Source: an uncultured Actinomycetes bacterium (GTDB lineage: Bacteria > Actinomycetota > Thermoleophilia > RBG-16-64-13). Taken from it: DNA of 64,000 nt. The stretch covers positions 928,001-992,000 of the forward strand of contig CAWJDT010000001.1 of NCBI GenBank assembly GCA_963841735.1. The letters are read 5' to 3'. The notes under the pieces were generated by a model. It had not been told where the DNA came from and ran no database searches. It saw only the letters and a program-made list of their open reading frames with translations. The position numbers and the translations under genes were made by a program. Below, piece by piece: positions 50,399 to 60,659 of the stretch; within the stretch, counting starts at the first letter, position 1, and every line of letters begins with the position of its first letter.

Positions 50399-51794
50399 GC
50401 AAGGCACCTCTCTCAGACGCGTTTGTCTTCTTTGGCGCCACCGGCGATCTTGTGTTCAAAGAGATTTTTCCGGCGCTCCAGGGGCTCATCCGCGATGGAG
50501 GCATCGGTGTGCCGATGATCGGGGTCGCCCGCTCACCCTGGGACGTGGACAAGCTGCGGGCGCGCGCCAAGGAAAGCCTCAAGAACAAAGGGATATACGA
50601 ACCCGAGGCCTTCAAGAAGCTGGCGGGTCTGTTGCACTACGTCTCCGGTGACTACGGAGCTCCCGAGACCTATGCCAGGATATGCGAGGCCCTTGGCTCG
50701 GCGCGCCGGCCGCTCTTCTACCTGGCGATCCCGCCCAGCGTCTTCCCTGTGGTCACGGCCGCTCTGGCCGCTTCGGGTTGCGCAAAGCAGGCCCGGGTGG
50801 TGGTGGAGAAGCCCTTTGGACGGGATCTTGCCTCGGCCCGGGCGCTGAATAGGACTCTTCTCGAGCACTTTCCCGAGGAGGCGATATTCCGCATCGACCA
50901 CTTCCTGAGCAAGGAGCCGGTGCAGAACATCACCTACACACGCTTTGCCAACCCGTTGCTGGAGCCCATCTGGAACCGCGACCACATCCGCAGTGTGCAG
51001 ATCACGCTCGCGGAGGACTTCGGCGTCAAGGAGCGGGGCGGCTACTACGAAGAGGCGGGAGCTATCCGGGACGTCGTCCAGAACCATCTGCTGCAGTTGC
51101 TGGCCATCGTGGCGATGGATCCACCGGGTGCAGGGCAGTCTCGACGCCTATCGGGACGAGAAGGCAAGAGTGCTGCAGGCCGTCCAGGCCTTGGAGCCAC
51201 GACGACGTGGTGAGAGGCCAGTACCAGGGCTACCGGTCGGCGCCCCACGTCGCGCCCGGTTCGACCGTGGAGACGTATGCGGCCTTGAAGCTTTCGATCG
51301 ACAACTGGCGTTGGGCCGGCGTGCCCTTCTACATCCGTGCCGGCAAGGAACTTGCCACTACCTGCACCGAGGTCTTCGTCGAGTTCCGGCGGCCTCCCCG
51401 AGAGACTTTCGGCGAGGTGGTGCCGCCCGGTTCAAGCCACGTGCGCATGAGGATAAGCCCGGATATCGCCATAGGCATAGGCATGCGCGTCAAAGCGCCG
51501 GGTGAGCACATGGTGGGCAGAGACGTGGAGCTCATGCTCACCTCGTGCCCGGCCGACGCGATGCCGCCCTACCAGCGTCTGTTCTCCGATGCCATCCAAG
51601 GCAATCCGGAGTTGTTCGCCCGGCAGGACGGGGTGGAGGAATCGTGGCGCATCGTGGACAAGGTGCTGGATGACGCCCGGTCAGGTCTACCCGTACGAGC
51701 CCGGCACCTGGGGACCCAAGGAGGCCGCGCGCCTCATCGGGAAGAGACGATCACTGGATCGATCCGGTGCCTGCGGGACGACACCATCTGCTGA
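50395..51794 (+). CDS. zwf: Glucose-6-phosphate 1-dehydrogenase, frameshifted
   Basis: GATGDL, EKPFG, RIDHFLSKE, RDVVQNH and RWAGVPFYIRAGK motifs. End coordinate approximate. Confidence 0.9.
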
Positions 51795-51806
51795 CCGTCG
51801 CCGAGG

Positions 51807-54287
51807 CTATTCCTCGACAGGGGCGTCGCCAGCGGGCTCGCTGACTCTGGGCCGCCGCTTCGCGCCAGAACGGCAGGCGCCTGCCGATGCGCCAGCCGAG
51901 CCCGACGAAGAGCCAGGCGAACACGCAGAATCCGGCGGTCGCGCCGGCGATAGCTCCGCCCGGCAGGTCGAGGGCGAAGAAGTCGCGCGTGAAGGGTATG
52001 ACGAACCCCAGCGCGAGCACTACCACCATGGCGACCACCAGGCCCAGGCGCCAGCCACGCAACGGTCGCTCGATGGCCGCGATCACTCGCCAGCCGACGA
52101 CGCAGAAGATCATCGTCTCCATGGTCTGGGCCTCGTCTACCGACGCCCCCATCTTTCGCAGCACTACATAGGAAAGCAGCAGAGTGATCGGCGGCCAGGA
52201 GCCCGGTGGGAAGTACGAAGCGCGCCACTCGAAAGACGAAGCCGGGGATGAAACGGCGCGGGTTGGGTGCGAGAGCCAAGAAGAAGCCGGGTATGCCGAT
52301 GACCAGACCGTCGATGATGGTGAGATGGCGGGGCAGGATGGGGTAGTCGATGGCAAGTGCAGCGACGGAGATGGCCAGGAGGGCCGCCCACACGCTCTTG
52401 GTGGTGAACAAGTTCGCCACCCTCTCGATGTTGGCCGTGACCCGCCTCCCCTCGGCCACCACACCGGGCAGGGTCGAGAAGCGCGAATCGACCAGCACCA
52501 GTTGCGACACGGCCCGGGCGGCCGCGGTGCCGGTGCCCATGGCGATGCCCATGTCGGCCTTCTTGAGGGCGAGCACGTCGTTGACCCCGTCACCGGTCAT
52601 GGCTACGACGTGGCCCCGGCTTTGCAGAGCCTCGACCATGGCCGCCTTCTGGTCGGGGTTCACCCGGCCGAAGACGGTGGTGGTCTCCATGATCTCCGCC
52701 AGCTCCTCGCCCTCGGGGAGCGAGCGGGCGTCGACGGCCTTCTCTGCCCCGGGGACCCCCGCCTTGGCGGCGATGGTGGCCACGGTAGCCGGATTGTCGC
52801 CGGAGATGACCTTGATCTGCACGCCCTGTTCCCGGAAGTAGGCCAGAGTCTGGGGAGCGTCGGAGCGGACCCGCTCGCTCAGTATCACCAGGCCGGCCGG
52901 CTCTAGGCCCTCGGGCAGGACCTCGCCCCGGAGCGGCGCTTCGGTGTGGGAGAGCAGCAGCACCCGCAGCCCCTCGTCGGCCAGAGTGGCGGCTTGGGCG
53001 CGAGCGTGTGCGGCTGGGACATCGGCGGGGTCTTCTGTCGCCACGATCTCCGGTGCCCCGAGTACCCAGGATCCGCGGCCGGCTATGCGCGTCGCGCTCC
53101 ACTTGCGGGCCGACGAGAACGGCACCGCGTCGTCGACGGTCCACCCGGCCGGCGCCGGCAACATCTTGGCGATGGCGTCAAAGGTGGAGTTGCGGCCGGC
53201 GGCGCTCGCCGCCATGGAACCGAGGACCTCCAGCGCGAGGGTCTCGTCGACCGGGGTCGGTGTCAGCCGCGGCGCCGTCCGCTCCGCGAGACGGGGTGCC
53301 GACCGAGCGCGAGCGGTTCGAACCGCTCAAAGGCCGGATGCGGCTCGGTGATGGTGCCGGTCTTGTCGATGCAGAGCACGTCCACCCTGGCCAGGCCTTC
53401 CACCGCGGGCAACTCGCTGGTGAGGACCTTGCGCCGCGCCAGGGTCATGGCCGACACGGCGAAGGCTATGCTGGTCAGGAGCACCAGGCCCTGCGGCACC
53501 ATCGCCACCAGCGCCGCCACCGTGTTGTTGACACCTTGCGCCATGTCGGCTCCCATGCGGAACTGCGCCCACACCAAGAAGGCGCCCACCGGGACGATGC
53601 CGATGCCGATCACCCGCAGGATGTCGTTGATGCCGGCCACCAGGTCGGAGCGCAGACGCACGTAGCGTTTGCCCTCGCCCGTCAAGCGCTGCGCGTACGA
53701 GTCGGCACCAACGGCGGTGGCGCGAACACCCCGCTCCCCGCCACCACGAAGCTGCCCGAAAGCAGACGGTCCCCCGGCTCCTTGATGACCGGCAGCGACT
53801 CGCCGGTGAGCAGCGATTCGTCCACTTCCAGGCTGCGAGACTCCAGGGTCTCGCCGTCGGCCACTACCTGGTCTCCGGCCGAAAGGCGGACGACGTCGTC
53901 CAGCACGACCGCGGCCACTGGAATCTCCTGGTCTCTGCCGTCTCGGATCACCTTGGCCGCAGGGGCTGTCAGCACCGCCAGCCGGTCGAGGGCCATCTTG
54001 GCCCGCATCTCCTGGACGATGCCGATACAGGCATTGATGACGATGATGCTGCCGAACAGACCGTCCTGCCACGAGCCGAACACCATCACGGCGACGAACA
54101 GGACGCTTAGAATGAGGTTGAACCAGGTGAAGACGTTGCTGCGGACGATGTCCCAGACACTGCGGCCGGCAGCCCGGGGGGCGGCATTGGTTTGGCCGGC
54201 GGCCTGCCGTTCACGGACAGCGGTGGAGGTGAGTCCCGTCAAGACCGAGCCGCTGTCTTCCGTGGTCTGCGTTGCCTCTATATTCAA
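51807..54287 (-). CDS. P-type ATPase (CtpE-like), frameshifted
   Basis: LTGES, VPQGL, DKTGT, FSSARKW, SGDN and MTGDGVND motifs across four ORFs. End coordinate approximate. Confidence 0.88.
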
Positions 54288-54506
54288 GGAGTCCTCCTAC
54301 TTGAGGGATATGCGGGCCCGCCGCCGAGCACACCCGCTAGAGGGTACCATCTGGCGTAGGCAGGTCCATGACGAGGAAGACCCCCACATGATCTGCGCAG
54401 ACCGCACGCCGGCACGTCGTCCAGAGAGCCTCATCTGGACTCAGCACGAGCGCGGGGCCTGGGCGTATGTCGCCAACTGGGGTCTTTCTGAAGGCGCACC
54501 GACGGA

Positions 54507-54536
54507 TGTAAACCGCCTGGCCCGGCTCAGGCGTAT
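54507..54536 (+). promoter_or_regulatory. Putative ECF-type autoregulatory promoter
   Basis: TGTAAACC followed by GCGTAT (AAC and CGT cores) directly before ATG 54541. Confidence 0.5.
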
Positions 54537-54540
54537 TAAC

Positions 54541-55200
54541 ATGTGGAGTAGCGTTCACTCAAGGGTCTGGGGGCTGGTGGACCGGCTAGCGACAGTGGGG
54601 GATAGGTTCGGGGCTCCGGACGACGAGGTTAGCGCGGCCGCGTCAGTCCGGGTAGCTGCGGGCGTCAATGCCGCGGCCGCCGCATCTGTCGATGGCGCCG
54701 CGGCTGCCCCTATCCGTCGCCTAGAGCAGATCGTGAGAGAGCAGTCGGTCCCCCTTGCGCGGGCGTTGGCACTGGTGGTGCTCGACCGGCAGGTGGCCGC
54801 CGACATCGCCCAGGAGACCTTCTTGCGGCTCTACATGCATTGGGACGAGGTTGCGAAACACCCGGACCTCACCGCGTGGCTATACCGAGTTGCTTTCAAT
54901 AGGGCCAAGGACCACCGGCGGGCACTGGCTCGGGCTGCCCGCACCTTGGAGCGCCTGAAGGCCGGTGCGGCAGCCCATGCGACTCAGGTTGGGAGCGCGC
55001 CGCCGTGGGAACCCGACCCGGACTTCATAGGCGTGTTTCGAAGTCTCCCGAGGCAGCAGCGGACGGCGGTGGTGTTGCACTACGTGGGTGATCTCACGGT
55101 GTCGCAAACGGCACGAGTAATGAGGATCTCGGAGGGGGCCGCAAAGAGTCACCTCCACCGGGCGCATCAAACGCTCAGGGAACTCTTGGAGGGAATGTGA
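54541..55200 (+). CDS. ECF sigma factor
   Basis: DIAQETF, AWLYRVAFN, LP..QR, A..M.IS.G..KS.L.RA motifs. Start inferred from the promoter. Confidence 0.85.
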   Translation: MWSSVHSRVWGLVDRLATVGDRFGAPDDEVSAAASVRVAAGVNAAAAASVDGAAAAPIRRLEQIVREQSVPLARALALVVLDRQVAADIAQETFLRLYMHWDEVAKHPDLTAWLYRVAFNRAKDHRRALARAARTLERLKAGAAAHATQVGSAPPWEPDPDFIGVFRSLPRQQRTAVVLHYVGDLTVSQTARVMRISEGAAKSHLHRAHQTLRELLEGM

Positions 55201-56924
55201 TGGAAGACCATTCCACAGACGAGCATGTCACAGACGCGGACGTTCGGGCACTGTGCGGGCGGAACGCACCGCGATTCACCAGCGACGAGATATGGGAGGG
55301 TGTGCGCGCCCGGGTCGCGGGTGAGACAAAGGCATCTCGTACCCGCCATAGCGATCGGAGAAAGCTCGTCCGGGTCGTAGCGCTCGCGACGGCCGGGGTC
55401 GCCCTGGCCGGCGGGATTGTTCTCGGCGTCTACGAAGCGGTGGGGCATTTGAGCGGACCAGGAAAGATCCTCCTGATAGGCGACGACACGACCGGTCTAC
55501 CGACGGCCGAGACAGGAAGGCCCCTCCTGGCTGAGCTCACAGGTGCCTTCCCAGACGACATCGCCTCAGCCGGCTCGATCATCCATTCGCGCGCCGTGAT
55601 CACTCGCGCCGGGCAGCCGTTCTCGGTGGTCTTCGACCTCTGGTGGGAAGTCTCGTCTGGTCGCTACCGCCTTGAGCGAAGGTTCGGCCCCTCAGCGGTA
55701 CCGGCTGAGGCGCAGGTGTTCACCGGCGGCCGGCTGATGGGGTTCGTGGCCACGGGGTTCAGCCGGCGTGCTTTCGACTGGACCATCTCGGCGTACAAGG
55801 ACTTCCGCGCGGAATACCAGAGCCGAGACTGGACTGCGGAAGAGATGGGCGCGAAGTCGTTCCATGTCAACCCGAGATCGTTCGCCGTCGATCCGGTTGC
55901 GGTCGCCGAGATGGAATCGGCTCGTGTGGTTGAGGCCGCAAGGCTTGTGGCCACCGGGGCGCTACGCGAGGTGGCACGTGACGAGAGCGACGGGCGCGTC
56001 TTCATAGGGTACTGGGGTGCCGCGTCCACTCCCGAAGGGGGAACGGAGCAGACAGACTCGGCGCCTGAGCGGGAGATCCGAGTGGACGAGCGCACCGGGC
56101 TCGTGGTCGAGGAGTCGATAGTCGAGCAGGGTGAGGCGGTCTACCACGTATCTCGAGGGTACGAGACGGTCGACAGCGAAGCGTTCGAGAGCCTGATGAA
56201 GCTTGCCATCCCGTCCGACTACAGCGTCTACACCGACTCCGACATCGCTCCGGGGAGTTCGCTCGCTGAGAAGGCGATGGGGCCGGAGGCCTGCTTGACC
56301 GCGCTCTCCGACCTGAGCGGATGGCTGCCCTTCCCGCTCTACTGGTTGGGGGAGAGTTACACGGGCACCGATGGTCGGCGGTTGCTGATCGGCAATGTGG
56401 AATCCAACGCACCATACGAGTACTGGACCAGCCTCTCGCCCGCGATGGAAGACATCGGGGGCTTGGGTGGCGATCCCGCGGTTGCACCTCTCGGTTGCGG
56501 AATCGGCTACCCGCTTGAGGCTTCGGCCGAGCAGGCCTTCCTCGAGGAACCGCTCCCACAAGCTACGGAACATTTCGGTCTCAGTCTGTTGGAGCAGGGC
56601 TCGGTGCCGGTGCCCGGCCAGACAGGCGTCTACCCGTTCGTCTCCGACTTGGAGGGGCGGCAGGGGAGCCGAGATATCGAGGTGGACGGCAGGACCGACA
56701 CCCTCCACGTGATGGATACCTCCGGCATGGGAGTGCGATACCTCCACTACTTGGCCCGTCGAGGGGCCGCTACCATCTTGGTAGCGTCCTTGACTACTAT
56801 GCTGTCCGCGTCCCAGTCCGATCTGGCCACGCAGCGCTTGATTGCGGCGGGCGCAGCGCTGCACCCGTTTGATCGCACGGAACAGTCCGGCTCCACACCG
56901 GCAGGTGCAGCTTCGGGGCGGTGA
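55197..56924 (+). CDS. Single-TM protein with a large extracellular domain (probable anti-sigma factor)
   Basis: Overlaps the sigma stop codon. Short N-terminus, basic patch plus TM, LolA-like VDERTGL strand motif, PLYWLG motif. Confidence 0.6.
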   Translation: MMEDHSTDEHVTDADVRALCGRNAPRFTSDEIWEGVRARVAGETKASRTRHSDRRKLVRVVALATAGVALAGGIVLGVYEAVGHLSGPGKILLIGDDTTGLPTAETGRPLLAELTGAFPDDIASAGSIIHSRAVITRAGQPFSVVFDLWWEVSSGRYRLERRFGPSAVPAEAQVFTGGRLMGFVATGFSRRAFDWTISAYKDFRAEYQSRDWTAEEMGAKSFHVNPRSFAVDPVAVAEMESARVVEAARLVATGALREVARDESDGRVFIGYWGAASTPEGGTEQTDSAPEREIRVDERTGLVVEESIVEQGEAVYHVSRGYETVDSEAFESLMKLAIPSDYSVYTDSDIAPGSSLAEKAMGPEACLTALSDLSGWLPFPLYWLGESYTGTDGRRLLIGNVESNAPYEYWTSLSPAMEDIGGLGGDPAVAPLGCGIGYPLEASAEQAFLEEPLPQATEHFGLSLLEQGSVPVPGQTGVYPFVSDLEGRQGSRDIEVDGRTDTLHVMDTSGMGVRYLHYLARRGAATILVASLTTMLSASQSDLATQRLIAAGAALHPFDRTEQSGSTPAGAASGR

Positions 56925-57005
56925 AATCGAACTCGGGCTTCATGTAGCCCGCGATCAGAGTGAGCACCGCCGACGGCTCGTCGCCGCGGGCGGGGGGATG
57001 TTCGG

Positions 57006-57467
57006 CTAGAGACCCAAGCCCCTCGAGAAGCGGCGGGCCCGTTCGCTCTGGTCGCCCTCCCGGCCGGTGATGTCCAGGTGGAACCAGCGCCGGCGCTGAG
57101 CGACGGCCACCGCTTCGTCCAGCAACTGCCGCTCTATGTCCTGGCCCCTATACTCGGGCCGCACGTACATCTCGTCGATGACCCCGTATTCGCCGCCGGC
57201 GTAGAGGGCGAAGCTCTGAGTCATGGTGAGGACCCCCACCGCCACGCCGTTGGGGTCTTTGGCTAGGACGGCCAGCAGCCGACCGGGTCCTTCTCTCAGC
57301 CCTTGCTCGGTGTCCAGGTTTCTCCGGATGTCCGCATGGAGTTTCTCGCGGCTGACCCAAGGGATCTTCACTCCCTCGTCTTCCAGCTCCATGAGCAATT
57401 CCTCGATGAGCTCGAGGATGGCGTAGACCTCATGCGGCTGAGCTACTTCTATGCTGAGTTCGGTCAT
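57006..57467 (-). CDS. GNAT acetyltransferase (3' end probably frameshifted)
   Basis: IDEMYVRPEYRGQ motif A. Extended -10 TGCTAGCAT lies 7 nt upstream of the start. Confidence 0.85.
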   Translation of the reverse strand: MTELSIEVAQPHEVYAILELIEELLMELEDEGVKIPWVSREKLHADIRRNLDTEQGLREGPGRLLAVLAKDPNGVAVGVLTMTQSFALYAGGEYGVIDEMYVRPEYRGQDIERQLLDEAVAVAQRRRWFHLDITGREGDQSERARRFSRGLGL

Positions 57468-57560
57468 GGTATCTATGCTAGCACCTAGCCGGGCGACCCC
57501 GTGAGGGCACCGCCCGGCGCTGAGTGCTGAAGGAAGCGGGACCGGCTGTCGCCGGCGGGG

Positions 57561-58532
57561 TTAGAGGCCGGTCGGCGGTTCGACGTGGACGTCGGCCCCG
57601 TAGTCGTAGAGATCCAAGGTCGTGAGAGTGCGGAAGTCCCCGGCGTTGTTTGTCAGCCAGTCATCGGGGGCAGAGTCCTCGGGGTTCTCGAGCATTTGAT
57701 CGATCGTCCAGCGGACAATTACTCCATCCGACACCCATACGTCCACAGTGAACCGCTCGTGCTCGGCTCCGGCTCTCTCGAGACCGAACCATCCCAGCAC
57801 GGACTTTGGAAGCTGCGCGAGGGGGCCACTTCCGCCCATGGTGTCCACCTGGTCAAGGCGGTAGTGGGTGGCCGGCTGGTCGCGCACCTCTTCGGATGCT
57901 ACCTCGACGACGCTTGCGTCCGCGAGCGCGGCTTCTAGGATAGTCCTTGAGGCCTCAGCGAAGGGAGCGAGGCGCTCTTCCTCGGGGTAGGAGAGTTCAG
58001 AGGTCGTGCCGTCAGGTTTCGTACCCCACATGTGGCCTTCCCCCATGACGAACGAGGAGTAGTCCGATGAGGAATATCCGGCTGGCGTGTCACCCTCTAT
58101 CACCTGTATGTAGTCCCCGTCCACTGCCAACGTGGTGGTCCACTCACTGGTGCTGAGTTCGCCACTCTGGATGCACGAGTAGTCTCGCTCGACTCTCGTG
58201 CCCCTCAGGGTGGTCGCGTTACCGAGATTCGTGGCGGCCTCGGCGAGCGCCGCCTGTGGGGTTAGGGAGTGTTGGGGTTGGGCGAGGACGATGGCGACGG
58301 CCACCGCGGCTACTACTACCACGGCAGCGGCGGCGACCAAGAGGCGCTGCCTGAATCGGAGCCGGGCGGGTGGACGATGGGCAGGGGCGGTCGAACCGGG
58401 GTCTTGGGCAGTGCTCATGGCGGCCTCCAATATCGAGTGATAGCGGCGCGACCCCTTAGCCGGTTCCGGATCGGTCCTGGTAGGGTCGATCTCGGAGAGG
58501 CACTCTAGAAGATTGTCACTACGATCGCTCAT
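57561..58532 (-). CDS. Single-TM probable anti-sigma factor with a LppX/LolA-like extracellular domain
   Basis: Overlaps the sigma gene. RR-AAAAVVV TM, E.V....THY, VWV..G and YDYG..V.V.PP motifs. Confidence 0.6.
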   Translation of the reverse strand: MSDRSDNLLECLSEIDPTRTDPEPAKGSRRYHSILEAAMSTAQDPGSTAPAHRPPARLRFRQRLLVAAAAVVVVAAVAVAIVLAQPQHSLTPQAALAEAATNLGNATTLRGTRVERDYSCIQSGELSTSEWTTTLAVDGDYIQVIEGDTPAGYSSSDYSSFVMGEGHMWGTKPDGTTSELSYPEEERLAPFAEASRTILEAALADASVVEVASEEVRDQPATHYRLDQVDTMGGSGPLAQLPKSVLGWFGLERAGAEHERFTVDVWVSDGVIVRWTIDQMLENPEDSAPDDWLTNNAGDFRTLTTLDLYDYGADVHVEPPTGL

Positions 58533-59109
58533 GACATTGCTCCCGTGCTCCAAGGGGTTCTACCGCTACATGTCCTTTTGCGGCCGGTTCTTTCCACCCC
58601 AACTCCGCGGCCAGCCGGCGCCGCGCTTTGTAGAGACGCAGTGAAACGGCATTGGGAGTGCAGTGAAGCAGGATGGCAATATCGCTTACCGGCAGATCGT
58701 CCCAGGCTCGCATCATGAGGAGTTCGCGATCTTCCTCTGACAGAGCGGCCAGAGCGTCGCGCAGGCGACCGTCGGCTTCCGGTACCCCGCCGTCCGCCGG
58801 ACCCACACCGGGTTCTCGGGCCATTTGAGCCCAGAGGCGAGCCTGCCGGCCCACGGTGCGCCGATGGTTGGCGAGCACTCGGCGGGCTACGCCGAATAGC
58901 CAGAGCCGGGCTTGGTCGGTAGGGAGATCTTCCCGCCGGCGCCAGGCAATGGCGAATACCTCGGCGGAGATATCGTCGGCGTCGGCGCTGCATGCGCAGC
59001 GCCGACGCGCAAAACACCAGACATCGCGGAAGTGGGCGTCGAAAACAGCCCGGAACTCCCGCTCCCCCGTCGAAGCCTCCCGCGTGATCGATGATCGGGC
59101 CATAGCCAT
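58519..59109 (-). CDS. ECF sigma factor
   Basis: ADDISAEVF..AWRR, WLFGVARR..AN, DRE.L...AW and RL..ARRRL motifs. Confidence 0.93.
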   Translation of the reverse strand: MAMARSSITREASTGEREFRAVFDAHFRDVWCFARRRCACSADADDISAEVFAIAWRRREDLPTDQARLWLFGVARRVLANHRRTVGRQARLWAQMAREPGVGPADGGVPEADGRLRDALAALSEEDRELLMMRAWDDLPVSDIAILLHCTPNAVSLRLYKARRRLAAELGWKEPAAKGHVAVEPLGAREQCHERS

Positions 59110-59162
59110 ATTATGTCCGGCTTGGCCCGAATCTTTCCGGCGCGTATGGCCGGGAGCGACTG

Positions 59163-60386
59163 CTACCTGCTGCGCCTGCGCGCGCTGCCGTTGTAGACCA
59201 AGCGGGGTTTGAGCTTGGTGGCAGTGCGGTCCGGGCTGGGGATGAGCCGCTGCATGTAGGCGAAGCCCTCCAGGTCACGGCAGGGAAGGGTCTGCCCAAG
59301 CATGACCTCGATCTCCCGCAACTCGCCGGCCTGCTCAGCCGCCAGGAAGCTGATGGCGTGGCCGGAAGCGCCCGCGCGGGCGGTGCGGCCAATGCGGTGA
59401 ACGTAGTCCTCGGCCTGCGAGGGCAGGTCGTAATTGATGACGTGAGAGATGCTGTCGACGTCGATGCCGCGCGACACGATGTCGGTGGCTACCAGCACGC
59501 GGTAGGTGCCGTTCTTGAAGCCGTCGAGAGCGTGCTGACGCTGCGACTGGCTGCGGTTTGAGTGGATGGCGGTGCCTTTGATGCGGTTGCGCTCCAGATG
59601 GTGGCAGACTCGGTCGGCCCTATGTTTGGTGCGGGTGAAGACGAGCACTCGGTCGAGCTTCTCCTCTTCGAGCAGGCGGACGAGCAGGTCGGTCTTCTGG
59701 GTCTCGGCCACTGGGTAGATGGTCTGAGTGATGGACTCGATCGGAGTGGCGCTGGGGGCCACCTCCACCTTGACGGGATCGGTCAGCGTCGGTCCGGCGA
59801 CACGCAGGACGTCCCTGGACAGCGTCGCCGAGAAGAGCATGTTCTGGCGCTTGGTAGGCAGCAGTGCAAGGATCCGGCGCACATCGGGCCAAAAACCCAT
59901 GTCGAGCATGCGGTCGGCCTCGTCCAGCACCAGTATGCCCACGTGGGAGAGGTCGATGTTCCCGCGCTGTTGCAGGTCGAGCAGGCGACCGGGAGTCGCC
60001 ACCAGAAGGTCGACCCCTCTGCGCAGTTTTCTAAGCTGGGGTTCGTAGCCCACGCCTCCGTACACGGCCGCGATGCGCTGGCCGGTGTACTTAGAGCAGT
60101 CGCGTGCCACTTCTTCGATCTGGCCGGCGAGCTCTCGTGTGGGGGTGACCACCAGGGTACCGATGTACCGGGAGGCACGGGGGTCGGTGCGGGCACCCAT
60201 GACCTGCAAGGCAGGTAGGATGAAGGCGGCAGTCTTGCCGGTGCCGGTTTGGGCGCATCCCAAGAGATCGCGCCCGGCGAGCGCAAAGGGGATGGACTGT
60301 GCTTGGATGGGGGTGGGTTCTGTGTAGCCGAGGCTTTCGACAGCCTTCAGTAGGCCTGGTGTCAGGCCGAGTTCGGCAAACGTCAT
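59163..60386 (-). CDS. rhlE: DEAD-box RNA helicase (RhlE-like)
   Basis: Q motif, AQTGTGKT, PTRELA, DEAD, SAT and HRIGRTAR motifs. Confidence 0.93.
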   Translation of the reverse strand: MTFAELGLTPGLLKAVESLGYTEPTPIQAQSIPFALAGRDLLGCAQTGTGKTAAFILPALQVMGARTDPRASRYIGTLVVTPTRELAGQIEEVARDCSKYTGQRIAAVYGGVGYEPQLRKLRRGVDLLVATPGRLLDLQQRGNIDLSHVGILVLDEADRMLDMGFWPDVRRILALLPTKRQNMLFSATLSRDVLRVAGPTLTDPVKVEVAPSATPIESITQTIYPVAETQKTDLLVRLLEEEKLDRVLVFTRTKHRADRVCHHLERNRIKGTAIHSNRSQSQRQHALDGFKNGTYRVLVATDIVSRGIDVDSISHVINYDLPSQAEDYVHRIGRTARAGASGHAISFLAAEQAGELREIEVMLGQTLPCRDLEGFAYMQRLIPSPDRTATKLKPRLVYNGSARRRSR

Positions 60387-60659
60387 ATGTTAATAGCTCC
60401 TTGCCGTGCGTCTCAAAAGATGCACTGCGGTCATAGACGCAGTTGATCCATTTGAGCGTTCGACAAAAGAGCGCGGGACAACAACGTCTGTAATATTGTT
60501 CGCTGAGTATACAGCATGTATGCAGCCGCGGCGAATAGGCGCCGGCAAGAGACATGCAGCCCCAGCGGAAGGACACTAGCATCTGCCGGGGAAAGAGCAT
60601 AGGCTAAGCATACGCGTGCACCGGCGTCAGCCGGTCACTTCCGGACGGAGGGGAACATC

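Noticed and set aside
48013-51794. Programmed ribosomal frameshifting in gnd, pgl and zwf
   Set aside because: There are too many shifts, no consistent slippery motif, and the same pattern affects unrelated neighbouring genes.
53008-55200. 730-aa ORF as a giant sigma-factor fusion
   Set aside because: The first ~510 aa are the antisense shadow of the P-type ATPase plus intergenic DNA. Only the last ~220 aa are sigma-like.
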